Assembly: GCF_009914755.1 (NCBI RefSeq)
Contig: NC_060944.1
DNA from: the human T2T-CHM13v2.0 reference genome, Homo sapiens
DNA length: 64,000 bases
Direction: 5' to 3' (one strand)
The notes beneath the pieces are model-generated. The model was not told the origin of the DNA. It did not search any database and worked only from the letters and a program-made list of their open reading frames with translations. Shown here one piece after another: positions 24,881-37,880 of this stretch. The first letter of the stretch is position 1, and each line of letters starts with the position of its first letter. The position numbers were made by a program, and so were the translations under genes.

Positions 24881-27494
24881 TTTAAAACCCAAACTGGCTT
24901 TGGGCATGCAGAATGCTTGGTTATTTCTGAAGTATAAAAATAACTCCCCCTCTGTCCCATCAGCACGCGTGTTGCAGGGAGTCTGACGTTGCTCGCTAAG
25001 TCTCTTTGGTCGTTTCATACTAATGCCCTTTGCTCCCCTGATTATCTCTCTGAGGTTGGGGCCGGGGGATGGGGGTGTGCTAGGCCTCCTGGATGTCTGT
25101 CTGCTGCCAAAACATCCTCTCCTGTCTCTGTCTCATTGGTGCATTTTGATGAACCTGTATTGCCTGGTCACTGCGCGCTAACCACCAAATTATGAAACAT
25201 TTGTGCTGCAAGGGAGCTGAGAGATCCTTAAACTCAATGAACCATTAGGCATAAGACACACACACACACATACACACGTGAATACACACAAACACACAAA
25301 CAGCTTGGCTGCTCTGGGTGAAGCATGTGTGTGTTTGGGGGAAATTTCCTTCCCCACCCGTGGTCGTCCATTTGCCCATGAGCAGCTTCCGAGGCAGGTC
25401 CGTGGACCCCAACGCTGTGTAACACCGTGTGAAAAACACAAAGGCTTGCAGCCCTCTCACTGCAGACGTGGGAACACGACTCTGTTTAAAACCCTTCAAA
25501 GCCCGCCTTCTTGCCGTGTGATGCTGCCTGGGCCAGCAGGGCAGGTCACCACGCTGTCTCTTCAAAGCAGCTCGCTCATGCCCACAGCGCTGGGCACAAG
25601 GGCAGCCACGAGCTGTTTGATTTCTGCGTCCCCAGCAGATGGCTTGGTGCACAGGGGCAGGGCTCGTCTGTCCCTCTCACTGCTGCGTCCCAGGCTATGT
25701 CTCCACCATGTAACTTCAGACAAGTTCCTCAGCGTCTCTGTGTCCTGGTTCCCTCATTTGTAACATCAGGATATTGATAAGGATCATAGTAATAGGGATG
25801 TCCTTATGGGGCCTCATGAAAATGAAGAGTTCTCTGTGATGTGCCTGGAACCACAGAGGGCAGCAAGTGGGAGCCACAGAAAGTCATCTCTTTATCATAG
25901 TTGTCATTGGTAACTATGACGGTTATCAAGGGCAGGGGTCTCCCACCTTCTGCATCCAGGCCTTGTCATTCCTTATAAAATTTTCTCCTTTCAAGGACTT
26001 TCAATGCCCTGAAAACGGAATGCTCCTCCCTGCTCCCCATCAGCTGCTGCAGAGCCCTGAACCCCTTGAACTTGCCTTGCTTAGTTCTTTCAGGGGCTGC
26101 CTTGGATGCCACCTCACTTCCCTCTTCTTGGCTCTGTGGCTGTCAGAGGGGCTGGGCACTGGGTTACTTCATCAGTTCCTGGGTGTTGATCGGCAGGAAA
26201 CAGTGGTTTCCTGTTCATATCCTGCCTGAGCCTGGGCCGGGTGGAGGTGTCCTGCATGGAGTCTTGTGAAATCGCGTGGACTGCAACACCCAGCAGCGCG
26301 GTGAGTCCACCCTGAAATCCACAGTGACCCACGCGGCATGTGCTGGGAATTGAACGCTTGGGGAAAGAGCTGGGCTCCAGCGGATCAGCCCCGACCAAGT
26401 CGTTCCCACAGCTCAGGACCGGACGCTACAAGCCCACTTTGTAGCAGTTTGGCGGACGGCAAACTTTTGCAACACAGTGCAAAAACCATTTAACACCTTT
26501 AAGGGAATTGGAAATGGGTTTTTCATGTGTGGTGGTGCTGAAAATTGAGAATAATGACAGAATTATTAAAAACAGCCTTCTCGGCCTTAGACTCTTAATT
26601 GCCTCTGGTCTGTAAAACTGACAAATAAGCACTGTAGAAGCCACAGATGAAATATGTCGTCTTGGGAGCCCTGGAGAATTGTCTCTGAATTCTTTTGTTT
26701 ATGGATTGTAGAAACTGCTTTGGGGGTAGTTGGATGTAGAAGCAGGACAGAGTGGGGAGCTGGGAGCAGGAGGCCTGGGTTTGTCTCCTGAGTCTGTTTC
26801 CACTGGGGCCTGAGGCTCCCGTGTGAGGGAACATGAATGGGCCAGGCACATGGGCCCTGTGGGGTGACAGAGCTGTGGGCTCCATGGTGGCTCTGTGGGC
26901 AGCTAGCTTGGGGATGGCTGAGATAAAGACAAGTAGTTTTCCTTCCTGCAGGACTTCTCAGAGCCTTTAGTGTGGTTATAATGATAGAAAACAGTATTAA
27001 GTCCATACCCTGAACCAGAAACAATGCTAAAAGCTTTGCACTTGGCCTTTTTTTTTCTTTTTCTTTTATCAACATGTGTGAGGACGGAAGCTTAGGCTTA
27101 CAGATATGGACTCATTGAGAGTGAGTGGACGTGTCTGATCTTTAACCCAGTTCTGTCTGACCAAAAAGCCTGTGCTCTAACCACTGTGCACCCCTGCCTG
27201 TCTGTCCTGTTGAGAGAACTGTAGGGAAAGCCTTGAGATTATGTATCCAGTGCTCCCCTCCTCCTGATTGGAAGATGGCAGCTCAGAAGGTTAGGGTGCC
27301 TTCTCCTGTCCTCCGAGTGGTTAGATGCACGTGTCCTCTTCTGTCCTCTGCTCTTCCCACATCCCTCTCTCTCTGGTGCTCTGGTGGAGCCCCTGGGATC
27401 AGGGGTCACAGGAGCACCTGGGCCATTTGCATGGTTGTTGGTAAAGGGTGTTCCCCCACCCCCCATTAAGGTGCCTGCCATCAAAGTGCCTTAT

Positions 27495-27660
27495 TGCTTG
27501 AGTTCCAATCTCGGCTTCACAACTCTGTAGCTGTGTGACTTTGCACAATGTACTGAGCCTCTCTGTGCCTGAACATCCTTGTTTGTAGATAGTAAAGATA
27601 ATTGTCCCTTACTCCTAGGTTTCACATTGAGTGTTTAGCAAGTTAACGTTTGTAACGTGT
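27495..27660 (+). mobile_element. MIR
   Basis: TAGCTGTGTGACTTTGCACAA...CCTCTCTGTGCCT. Confidence 0.7.
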
Positions 27661-29489
27661 GAAGTCATAAGATGCAGGACTGGATGACTGCCCTACCCAC
27701 AAGAGGCCTAGGATCTTCCCAAGTTGCACTACTTATGGGACAGGTCTGCCAAGCAGCCCTTGTGAAGATAAAGGTGGTGATGAGTTCCTCCCACAAAACA
27801 AGAGCCTCAGAGAGACTGGAAAATAACCCCCGGTGCCTTTTATCAACTGGCCAGCAGATGGCAGAAGCAAGCCAGGAACAGAGCTTGTGTGCGGCGGCTG
27901 TGGCAGCTACCTTTGAAAATCCCGTGGTGTTTGGTGGTCGTATTAAGAGATCTCTGGTGTAGGAGCATCCTTCATTCTAAGCAGGATTCTGAACAAACTC
28001 AGAACTGGCTTTGTGGCTGGTACCGAGGACCCAGGGGTCACGGCTGCTCCCAGTGGGTGCTGATGCCCATTTGTTTGTGCAAGTTGGTCCCCTGTAGGGA
28101 GGACAGATGGTCTGTCTCGGACTTTCTGGCCTGTGCACCAAGGCCCAGGGATGGAAGTGGGGCAGCATGTCCCCATCATTAAATAGGGCGTTCTTGATAA
28201 TAATCCCATAAGGCCTAATGTGATGGGTGTGGTCAATCATTCATTCATTCTGTGAGGATTCAGTGAGCAGCTACTCCATGCCTCTAGGCTCTGAGGACGC
28301 AGCATGAGAAACACACGGAAGGCCCACGATGACCAGGGAGCTCGCCTTCCAGGGAGAGAGGAGAAAAATAAATGGTAGGGAGTTAAACACGACAAAGTAG
28401 AAAAGGGCCAGCTGCAAGAATGAAATTAAATAGGAGGCTGGTGGCAGGGGGGCAGGGAAGCCTGAAGCACCTGACTGCCCAGAACAAGCCGCACCTGTGA
28501 GGAGCTGGGAAGGGCACTCCAGGCAGAGGGAGCACCAGAGCAAACCCTGGGAGGGGGATGAGCCTCTTGTTGAAGAACTAGAAGGAGGCCAATGTGGCTG
28601 AGCAGAACACATGAGGCGGAAGGAGGAAGTGAGGGGCCCTGGGCCTGGCCACCAACCGGCAGATCAGGGGTGAGGACTCCACTTGGGAGAGTGTGAATGG
28701 CCCAGTGTGAATGACAAAGCAGTTTCATGCAGCTCAGCCTGTCTGGCTAAGTGCGCAGCCCTGAGGATTGGGCTCTGAGCGTTGCAGCCCTTCTGAGTCT
28801 GTGGGCCCCTCTCCCAGGAGGATCAGGTTGCCCAGGGCAGCTGGAAATGTCCTTAAGTGACTCCTTGCTGCTGCTGCCGCTGCGTCTTGCTGACATCATT
28901 TCCCCGCAACAAGCGCTGGTCTCCTGGGGCGGCTGCCCCCTCTCATCTGCACATCTAGCTCCCCTGCCAGGCCTGTGCTGTTTTCCGGGGCCTCACAGAG
29001 AAGCTCAGGCAGGTGGAGCCTCAGCAACAGGCGCCATCCTCCCCTTCAGCCTGTCGCGGCTCCTCCCTGGGGCATGCTTGAAAGCCCAGACATGTTCTTC
29101 ACATCTGAGAAAGCAGTTAAACTGAAATTCCTGGCAGACTCAGGTTCAAATCCTTATTAGGCTGTTAAGTGAGAGGGGATTTCATTTCCTTGCAGCCGCC
29201 CTGGGTCCTGCCACTGAGCAGCTGTTGGTAGGCTCTGCTGTGAGGTCTCCTCTTCCGGCTTTCCCACTTCCCAAGGTAACCTGGTGTGGGGAGGAAGCCG
29301 GGGGCCTCTGGTGAATGGGAACCTGTGCAAAGAAGGAGCCGAGGGCAGGGAGAGGTGGGATAAGACCCAGCGTGGGGGCCTGAAAGTGAGGCCAGCAGAG
29401 AGTCATTGAGAGGCCCTCGGAGAATACGTTCTGGGGACGCAGTCAGGGAACACCTGTTTCCTGCTGTGTGACTCTCACAACCCAGCTGT

Positions 29490-30258
29490 GGACACACACG
29501 TATGTACATATATGCACACACAGGAACACATATGCACACACAGGAACACATGCACACATGGACAGACATATACACACGATGAATACACATACAGACACAC
29601 ATTCATATATACACACATACCTATGTATACACATGTACACACATACACTCACATGCACATGCACATATAGACCTACAGATACATAAATGTACATCCTTAT
29701 AGATGCGTACATATACAGTACACATGCATGTACTCACAAATACTTATGCCCACATCTACATATATGTATAATACATATATACACATATAGATATATACAT
29801 ATATACTCACATGTCTATGTATAAACACACACCTATATGCACATGCCTATACATATATGCACATACATGCCCACATACACCTATGTAAACATATACACAC
29901 ATCTATATTTAAATATGCTCATGCATGCATATATACACACATATATACACATTTATGCATGTGCATTCATGTACATATACACACATGCACTGACATCGAC
30001 ACATGCATGACACAATGATATAGATATACACACATATATACATGCATGAACACATCTATATGCATACATACACATATGTGGATATAGAAAAATAGCAGAT
30101 ATACACATACATGCACATATCTGTATGCACACATATATACATACAGATAAACACATGTACATTCATCTAGATTTCCACATTTACAAGTGCATATTGGTAC
30201 ACATATGCATACATATGTGTATGTATGAATCTTTTCTCCCTCTATATCACACACATAC
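29490..30258. repeat. Degenerate (CA/TA)n alternating purine-pyrimidine tract, ~770 bp
   Basis: Continuous CACATATA/CATACA-type low-complexity sequence. Confidence 0.92.
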
Positions 30259-30309
30259 CTTTTGCTGAGGGCTTAGTATTTACTAGGTGCCAGACTCTGC
30301 TCTCTTAAT

Positions 30310-30720
30310 ATAAGGTCGCCCCAAAACAGACCCTGAGCTGAGGATTCGGGTGCAAGCGGCTAACATGGACGGTGATCCAGCAGCACCGTGAGGAAGTGGG
30401 GCTGAAACCTGGAAGGGAGCAAGGCCGGGGATTAGGGTGACCACAGACAAGGCCATCACTGAGGACCTTGGGGTTCAATTTCTCCAGTGGGGGTGTCTAA
30501 GCCACTATGTTGCGTCACGTGTCAGAATTGCCCTCTGGAGGACTGGAAAACTGGGTGTTGACTGCCACTTCCTGCTCCTGGCCATGAACTCCTGGTGCTT
30601 CTAGTTTGCCCAGCATAGGCCATGTGCTCCTGGGGCCAGCGAGGGTCCACAGGCAGAGGCTGGGGACCTGTGCTGCAGGTGATCGCAGGTGGGCCCTGGG
30701 CCACCACACGCTCCACACAG
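30310..30720. mobile_element. ERVL LTR remnant (LTR16/LTR33-like)
   Basis: CAGACCCTGAGCTGAGGATTCGGGTGCAAG...GGTGATCC...GGAAGTGGGG motif string. Confidence 0.5.
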
Positions 30721-33700
30721 GTGCTGCCTCATGGGTCTTTCACAACAACCCCCGTTTGACAAGGAAGAATCTGGGGCTTGGGGAGGTCTATAGATTTGAG
30801 GGGTGTTATGGGCGAGGCTCATAGCAGAACCAGGTCAAGAATCAAGGTTGTGTGATTCTAGCAGGTAAGTCCTGACAATGACTGGCAAGTGTGAGCCATG
30901 CAGGGGCAGGACAGGCCTCATGAGTGGTGACAGGAGGTGGTTCAGGGTTGTTTTGCACAGCCAGGCATTCTTTGAAGGGCAGCTGCAGTGAAGGGCCTGG
31001 CTGCACAGCCAGCCTGCCTGGGTCCAGATCCCAGACTCACCATGTCCTGAGGGAGCTTGGGGGAACTGCCTGTTCCCTCTGGGCTTAGTTTCTCGTCAAC
31101 ACTAAGAAGACTCAGTTGAGTCATGTTCATGATGGAGTGCTTGCAACACCACCAGAGAGGAAGGGATTGTGAATGAGGCCGTCCTGGGGAAGCGCAGGTG
31201 TGTTGGGGTGGGCGGGTAACCAGGTATTGCGACAGGGGCACAAGGTGGCACTCAGCCTCCTTGTGTTTGTAGCAGACTTTTGAACACTAGACTTTCTGGT
31301 GGCACCTGTAGCACCCTTAAAAAGTGAATGCTGCTGCCCAAATTAAATCTGAGCAGACTGAACTGAACGTCCCAGCATAACCTCAACGTCTCTGGGGCCC
31401 CATCTGCCCTGCTCTTAGCATCCCACTAAGAGAAGCAGCAGACACTCAAAGCAATTGGAAAAATGACCTGAGTTCATCCAAACCCTTTAAGGAGAAACCT
31501 CTCTATGACTTTCCCTACGATTCTTTCACCCCGTATTTCTCCCCTCCCATGGTCTCACTCCAGAGCTTTTCCAGAGCCCTTTTCTTTCCCAGAGGCTCCT
31601 TGGAGCCAGCCCTCACGGCTCTGGCCTTGTTTTCTGCTCCACGTTTTAGCATGAGGCAGGCATGCTATACGGCAAACATGACATTTTCTTTAGTGGGTAG
31701 GGGAAGAGGAGGGCTGAACCTCTAGCGCCCGAATGCATTTGTCCCTGTCACACACAGTCATTGTCCAATTACCTTTTGGGAGGGAAAACCCAGTACTGAT
31801 CACTCCGCCTACTCCAGTTTTTCCTGATCTGAATGATCTGCCTTAACAATGTGTTAACATTTTACCCAAGTTCACTCAGAATAAGAAAGTGCGTAGAGGT
31901 GCCCACTAGAGGGTGGGCGCACAGCAGTGGGCATCTCGGCTCTCTGCCCGTGGGGATCCTGCCAGGTTGTTCAGAGCAGCTCCTCAGTGTCACTCTCCTC
32001 CCCACCCTCCCTTTCCTTGGGGTCTAGCCGTTTCTAGCTCCAGTGTTGCCCCTCCCAAGCTGGATGTAACCTAGCTTCTGTCTTTTACCTGTTACCTCAT
32101 TTGTGCAGTTAACATTTTATGCACGTCCCTTACAGTGTAGAAGGAAAACATAATTCTAATCTGACTCCATTCAGTGATGTTAAATACTGCATGTGAACAT
32201 CCCCATCCAGAAGTTCATCCAATGTAGACTCATCAAAAAGCAGGAGTCCTAAATGTTTGCATTGTGCAAGCATCCTTAGCACATTGCTATATAGGTGTTT
32301 AAGAGTGTCTTAAGAGATATTTGGAAAATTGGTTGGGGATTGTTTTTGTTGGCCTGGGAATGTATTATTATTTTTTCCCAGTTCACATAAAGGGGTGAAG
32401 CCCTGATGTCTGGAAATTTGCTCTCCAAAGTGTTTCCAGGAATTGACAATATTTGGATAATGAGGGGTGTCTGTACTTTCCTTGACCTAAACTGCTGGTA
32501 GAGGGGGATATTTTTGTATGATTGGGCAAGGTCAAACACAGAATCAAATCAGGAAGAACAGGGTCTGACATGATGAATCCCTGCCTCGCCTTGCCATTGA
32601 CAAGAGACAGAATAAATGCCCCCAAAGAACCCTGCACCATGAACGCTTGATGGCAATCCTGTCTCAGGGCTTTGCTGCTCGCTGTCAGGCAGCAGGTACA
32701 CTACCCAGGGCCGTGGGGAAGGCGTCTTGCAGCCACACTGCAGCAGGAGGCTGGTCATATCTACGGGCTCCACCAAGCCAGGATGCAGAGCTCGGCCCGT
32801 CTCATGGCACAGGCTCGGGCTGCTCGGAGCTTATAATGAATTAGAGCCACAGCTGATTATTTTCAAGGCTGGCGCTCACGCTGGGTGCCTGAGAAGACGA
32901 TGAATCTGCAGTGCCGAAGTGCTGCCTGGCCTCTCAGGAACCAGCTGCAGCTGGGATTCTCTGCAGCCTTCCCCGCAGCAAGCTGGGGTAGCCATGAGCC
33001 CTGCCTGTCCAACGTGGGGTCAGGCGGGCATGCCTGCTGTGTCTGGCAGCCTTGACACCCCCAGATTCTGCTGGAAGATGCTCGTGGCCTGAAAGCTCAT
33101 TTTGTAGTCGCTCTACCCTGGGATGCAGCTTCTGCACTGGCAGGATTAACGCAAACAGAATCTGCTTGGCTCATTCCTCGCCGGGCCTCAACAGGCCTGC
33201 AACGCCACTGTCTGCCAGGGAGAGCCACTCGGTGATACTGTTAATTAAAACCATGACTCTGGGGGCAAGAAAAAATTTTAAAACGCTGAAGTCATCTTCC
33301 CTAATAGAAATCTTATTTTGAAGGTGCTCACGGAGGTCAGGCTGACCAGAAAAACCCACAAGCCATAAATAAGCTCAAATAGTTTTATTTAATTTACTTA
33401 ACTCGGTGCCTGGAGTCCTCATGGGGAGAGGTGCCTGGCATCAACACAGGGTGGGGGTGGCCACCCTCATCTCTAGCCCCTGGGTCCCAGAGCTGAGAGG
33501 AGGGAGAGAACTGAACTTTCTTGGAAGAATGTGGAACTGCTGAGTAGATGCTTTGGAATTTGCTGACCCAGGCATCTGGGAGTACAGCCTGACCGGCCAT
33601 CTCTGCGCCAAGCTATCTATAGTCCAATGGCTATTTTCAATTGGAAATTCATTTTAAAGTGGTGGCAGTGACGGGGGAGTGGCTGTATCTGTAATCCATT

Positions 33701-34349
33701 ATTTCACACAGAGAATTCCCTTCTTTCATTTTTTTCTGGCCAAAGTTGCTGCTTTGAACGTGGGTGGGTCTTGGAGCCCAAGACTGAGCTGGCTGCTTGG
33801 AGAAAAATTGGAGGGATTTGAAAAGGCCCGAGGGAGGGTGTCCTCTGAGTTGGGGGTGGCAGAAAACATCTTAAATGTGCAGGCCCAAGCCTTCTGCAGT
33901 GAAGGGAATAGGACTCTGGCTTCGGCAGACCTAACTCAGTCTCTGGGTTCTTGGGCTAATTTGTGAAATTACCTCTCCCCTCAGGACTGGGAGAGAACGG
34001 CCTTAAATAAGTGCAATTTAATTCCCTTGATTGTGGTCCTCTTTAATGAAAAACCAAAATTTATTCTCTCTCCTGCTAGTTTCCCATTGAAAGTCACAAG
34101 AAATGAGGCTGGGGTGGAGGGCCTGGAGTTGCTATGGAAGCATGATGCCTAGAACCCACTATGGGATGGATGGTCATTGGTGTCACGGACTGTGGTGTAG
34201 ACATTGTCTCCTGTGCCAGGATGTGGCCTGGTCCTGCACCCCTTTGCCTTTGAAGCTGTGCCTGCCTGTGATCTGGGAGTGGCACGAACCCACAGAACCC
34301 AGCCCACCCTGCAGGAAGTGGGAGAGCTCCCCGGGTACTCTGGTGCTGA

Positions 34350-34613
34350 GGAAGCACAGCTTAAAGAGGAAATTTCCTTGAAATCCACACAGACCTCCTT
34401 CCAGAATGTTCTGGAAGGAAGCACAACTTCAAGAGGAAATTTCCCTGAAATGCACACAGACCTCCTTCCAGAATATTCTGGAAGGAAGCACAACTTAAAG
34501 AGGAAATTTCCCTGAAATGCACACAGACCTCTTTCCAGAATGTTCTGGAAGGAAGCACAAGTTAAAGAGGAAATTTCCCTGAAATGCACACAGATCTTCT
34601 TCCAGAATGTTCT
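34350..34613. repeat. 67-bp tandem repeat, ~4 copies
   Basis: Units start at 34350, 34417, 34484, 34551; consensus GGAAGCACAACTTAAAGAGGAAATTTCCCTGAAATGCACACAGACCTCCTTCCAGAATGTTCTGGAA. Confidence 0.97.
34368..34612. promoter_or_regulatory. Candidate composite NF-kB / STAT / HSF1 response array
   Basis: GGAAATTTCC at 34368, 34435, 34502, 34569; TTCN3GAA at 34374 and +67 repeats; TTCnnGAAnnTTCnnGAA at 34399, 34466, 34533 and a 3-pentamer version at 34600. Function is inferred from motifs only. Confidence 0.6.
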
Positions 34614-34829
34614 CTAAATCCTCCTCCAATTCAACTGTCATCACCACAGAACCCACACCCTATGATAAATGGCCAGAGCCCTTACTGTCTTTGTTTTACT
34701 CCAGGCGTCTCAGGCCACTAACAAGGAGGTGGAGGTCTCAAGGCTATTGTCAACTGATTCTGCTGGAGGCCAGACCAAAATGGCTTTCTTCCGTGACAGC
34801 GTCAGTCCAGTTACAAATCTCCCGGTTCC

Positions 34830-35480
34830 ATGATAAAGGATTTGGCTGGGCTATGGCCCTGGTTTCTTGGAGGAAACCTCTAAATCCTTGAAACTTCCCG
34901 AGTGATAGGAGAATCTATGTTATTCATGGTGGGCCTTTCCAACCATACCTGAGTTTATGCTTATGAAATTACCAGGATGGAAGCTGACCACACCAGAAAG
35001 GTCAGCCAGGTAATTGGAGGCTTGGGGCTTTGACCAACATGACGTCAGTCCTTCAGTGAGTGGAGGAGGGCTGGAGATTGAGTTTAATTGCATGGCCAGT
35101 GAGTTAATCAATCATGCCTATGTAACGAAACTCCAATAAAAATTCTGGACATGGGCTCAGGTGAGCTCCCAATTAGTGAACACATCAAGGTGCCTACAGG
35201 TGATATGTCCCGATCCACAGGGTGATGCCATGGAACCTTCCAGGCCTGGCCCTATGCATCTCTTCACTGGGCTGGGCTGTATTTCCACCATTTGATAATA
35301 ACACTGTAATCTTATCACTGCAGCAGTTTCCTGAGTTCTGCCAGTCGTTCTGGCAAATTATGAAACCTGAGGGGGTTGTGGGAAATGCCAAATTTTTGGC
35401 CAGTTGGTCAGAAGTGCCAGTTCTGGGGAGCCTGGAGCTCCTAGCTGGAAATTCTTGTGGACAGTGTACCTGGCCTCTGA
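34830..35480 (+). mobile_element. MER21-family LTR
   Basis: CCTCTAAATCCTTGAAACTTCCCGAGTGATAGGAG...GGGGCTGGAGATTGAGTT...ATCAATCATGCCTATGTAACGAAACTCCAATAAAA. Confidence 0.82.
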
Positions 35481-35599
35481 TGTCTGAGCCAGTTCTGGGT
35501 GTTGTGTGTTGGGATGGCACTGCAGTCCCTAAAGCAAGTTCTGGGGAATGGTAGGAAAGCATCCCTGCATCTATATTTCCATTTGGTCCCGGTCTAAAG

Positions 35600-35760
35600 C
35601 AGCTGGTCCTCAGAATTGTCTAGGGGGCTTTTAGAAAGAAGAGCCTTCTGGAACCCTTCCTGAACGATTCTGATCCCATAGTCCCGCAATGGGCCCTGGA
35701 GTCTGTATTTTTGAAAAGCTTTCCTAAGTAGTACTGAGGCAGAATCATATTTGAGACTAA
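35600..35760. mobile_element. MER5-type fragment
   Basis: GATTCTGATCC...GGGCCCTGGAGTCTGTATTTTTGAAAAGCT. Confidence 0.55.
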
Positions 35761-36279
35761 CTTTCCAGTGCAGCCAGGCATACCTCCCAAAAAGAGAAAA
35801 TCTGTTTGAAAGAAGGGAAAATGCAGAAAACTGGGGAGGCCATTCCCCAGTGTTCTAACAAGTCAGGGAACAAAGGGACGGCAGATAGAAAGTTCCATGC
35901 CGGGAGGTCAGTGCTGCAGCCTGCGTCCTTACGCTGAGGTCAGTCTACGAAAAGGCATATTTGGTGACCCTGCATCCCTTTCTGGGTGTTAAGCTCTGGA
36001 GACACTTGCGAGGCCTTCTTCCTTCTCCATATGTCCCCCCTTGGACCTTTCAGATGTCCTTATGGTCCTGACATCAGTATCCTATGATGGGATGCACATG
36101 CTCGACCTCGGGGACCAGCTGGAAGCCCTAGCTGCTGCTGGCAGGGGCCAGGACCCTCAGCACTGAGGGTCTGGGTAGATGGAACTGCACACCTTGCATC
36201 TGGGGCGAGGAAGCATGTCCTAAGAACTGAGTGGCGCACGAGGAATTCACGTGACAGTTTCTCAAGCTGGTGGCCTTCT

Positions 36280-36900
36280 CCCTGTCTCCTAAAACTGCCC
36301 TGAGCTGCCTCTGTCTCCCACCGGGGTGACAGCCACATCTCCTCTCTGATCTCCCTGCTTCTCATCTTGCCCCTATGCAGCCTGTTCTCCACACAGGGCG
36401 ATCCTTTAACAAGTCAACCATCCATGTCTTTCCCTTGCTTAAAATCCTCCGAGGCTCCTTTGCACTGTGAAAATTAGAGCAAGAGCCCTGGGGATCTGTC
36501 CTTGCCTGTTTCCTCCCCCTCACTTGGTCCTGTCATGCATCAAATCATAGCCACATGGTTTTTGCTTTCTGTTTTTCAAAGAATTTCAAATTCTCTTCTC
36601 CCACAGGGCCTTTGCACAAGCTTTTCCCACAGCCTGCAACACCTGCCCTTCTTCCCCACACTTGGCTTGTTCCCAGAAATTCATCATCCTGTCTTAAATG
36701 TCACACTCTTCAGAGAGGCCTTCTTTAGCCCAGATACATAGGTAGGTTGACCCTATTGTTGTCTGTGACATTATCTTCTTGATGTCTTTGGACTTAATCA
36801 CACTTTTAAATATATATTTGTTTTTCCTGTCTCTTCCACGAGGCTGTTGAATGCTGCATGGACCTGTGCCCGGCACAGAGAATGTGCTGGTTTCAGTAGA
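36280..36900. mobile_element. L2 remnant
   Basis: GCTTAAAATCCTCC, CAGGGCCTTTGCAC, AAATGTCAC...TCAGAGAGGCCTTC motifs. Confidence 0.6.
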
Positions 36901-36963
36901 GTAATTAATACAAGCAGCAGCAGTGAATAACCCAGACAACGTCAGTGGCTTATCTTGGAAAGG

Positions 36964-37276
<313 letters not shown>

Positions 37277-37880
37277 TGATCACATGACTCAGCCAGAGCA
37301 GGTGGGCATGGACCTCTGCTCTCCCCACTCCACCTAAAGAACCTTCTCCACCTCCTGGTCTCCTTACCTGGAATATGTGGCCTATGAGGTTTGCCAAAGA
37401 GGAGAAAATGGAGACACACTAGCTGTTATCAGCCTGGCAGCCACAGGCTCACTTCTGTTCTTGGCCCATTTGCCTGACCAGTCCTGTGGCTCCCACCACC
37501 TGCAGGAGAGTGGGGAACAGAGGAGGCAGGAAAGACACTAGGAAGAGTGGGGAGGGAGGAGAACTGCACAGCTGGAGAGGGTAGGAGGGATGCTGAGTGG
37601 GTGCTGCTGGGAGGAGGGTATGTACTACTGGGAGGAGGGACGCTGGGTGGGCACTGCCAGGAGGAGGGATGCTGGGTGGGCATTTCTGGGAGGAGGGGGG
37701 GAGGGGGAAGAGCCACACAGCCCGAGGTCCGTGGCAGGAGGAGATGACAAGCAGGGAGAACACCAACGGAATAAACTCTGCAGTTTCCTTCAGATCATCC
37801 CTGCATAGGTGTTTCTCGAAACTCATGTTCAGTGAGAACAGCAGACATAGACTCAGGACAAACCCTCCGTCTCCTTTCAG

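Noticed and set aside
26410-26430. REST/NRSE-like CTCAGGACCGGACGC and half-sites near 26534 and 49935
   Set aside because: Spacing and sequence do not fit a full RE1 site
34350-34613. Palindromic repeats superficially like a CRISPR array
   Set aside because: Eukaryotic DNA; the units are contiguous near-identical copies with no unique spacers
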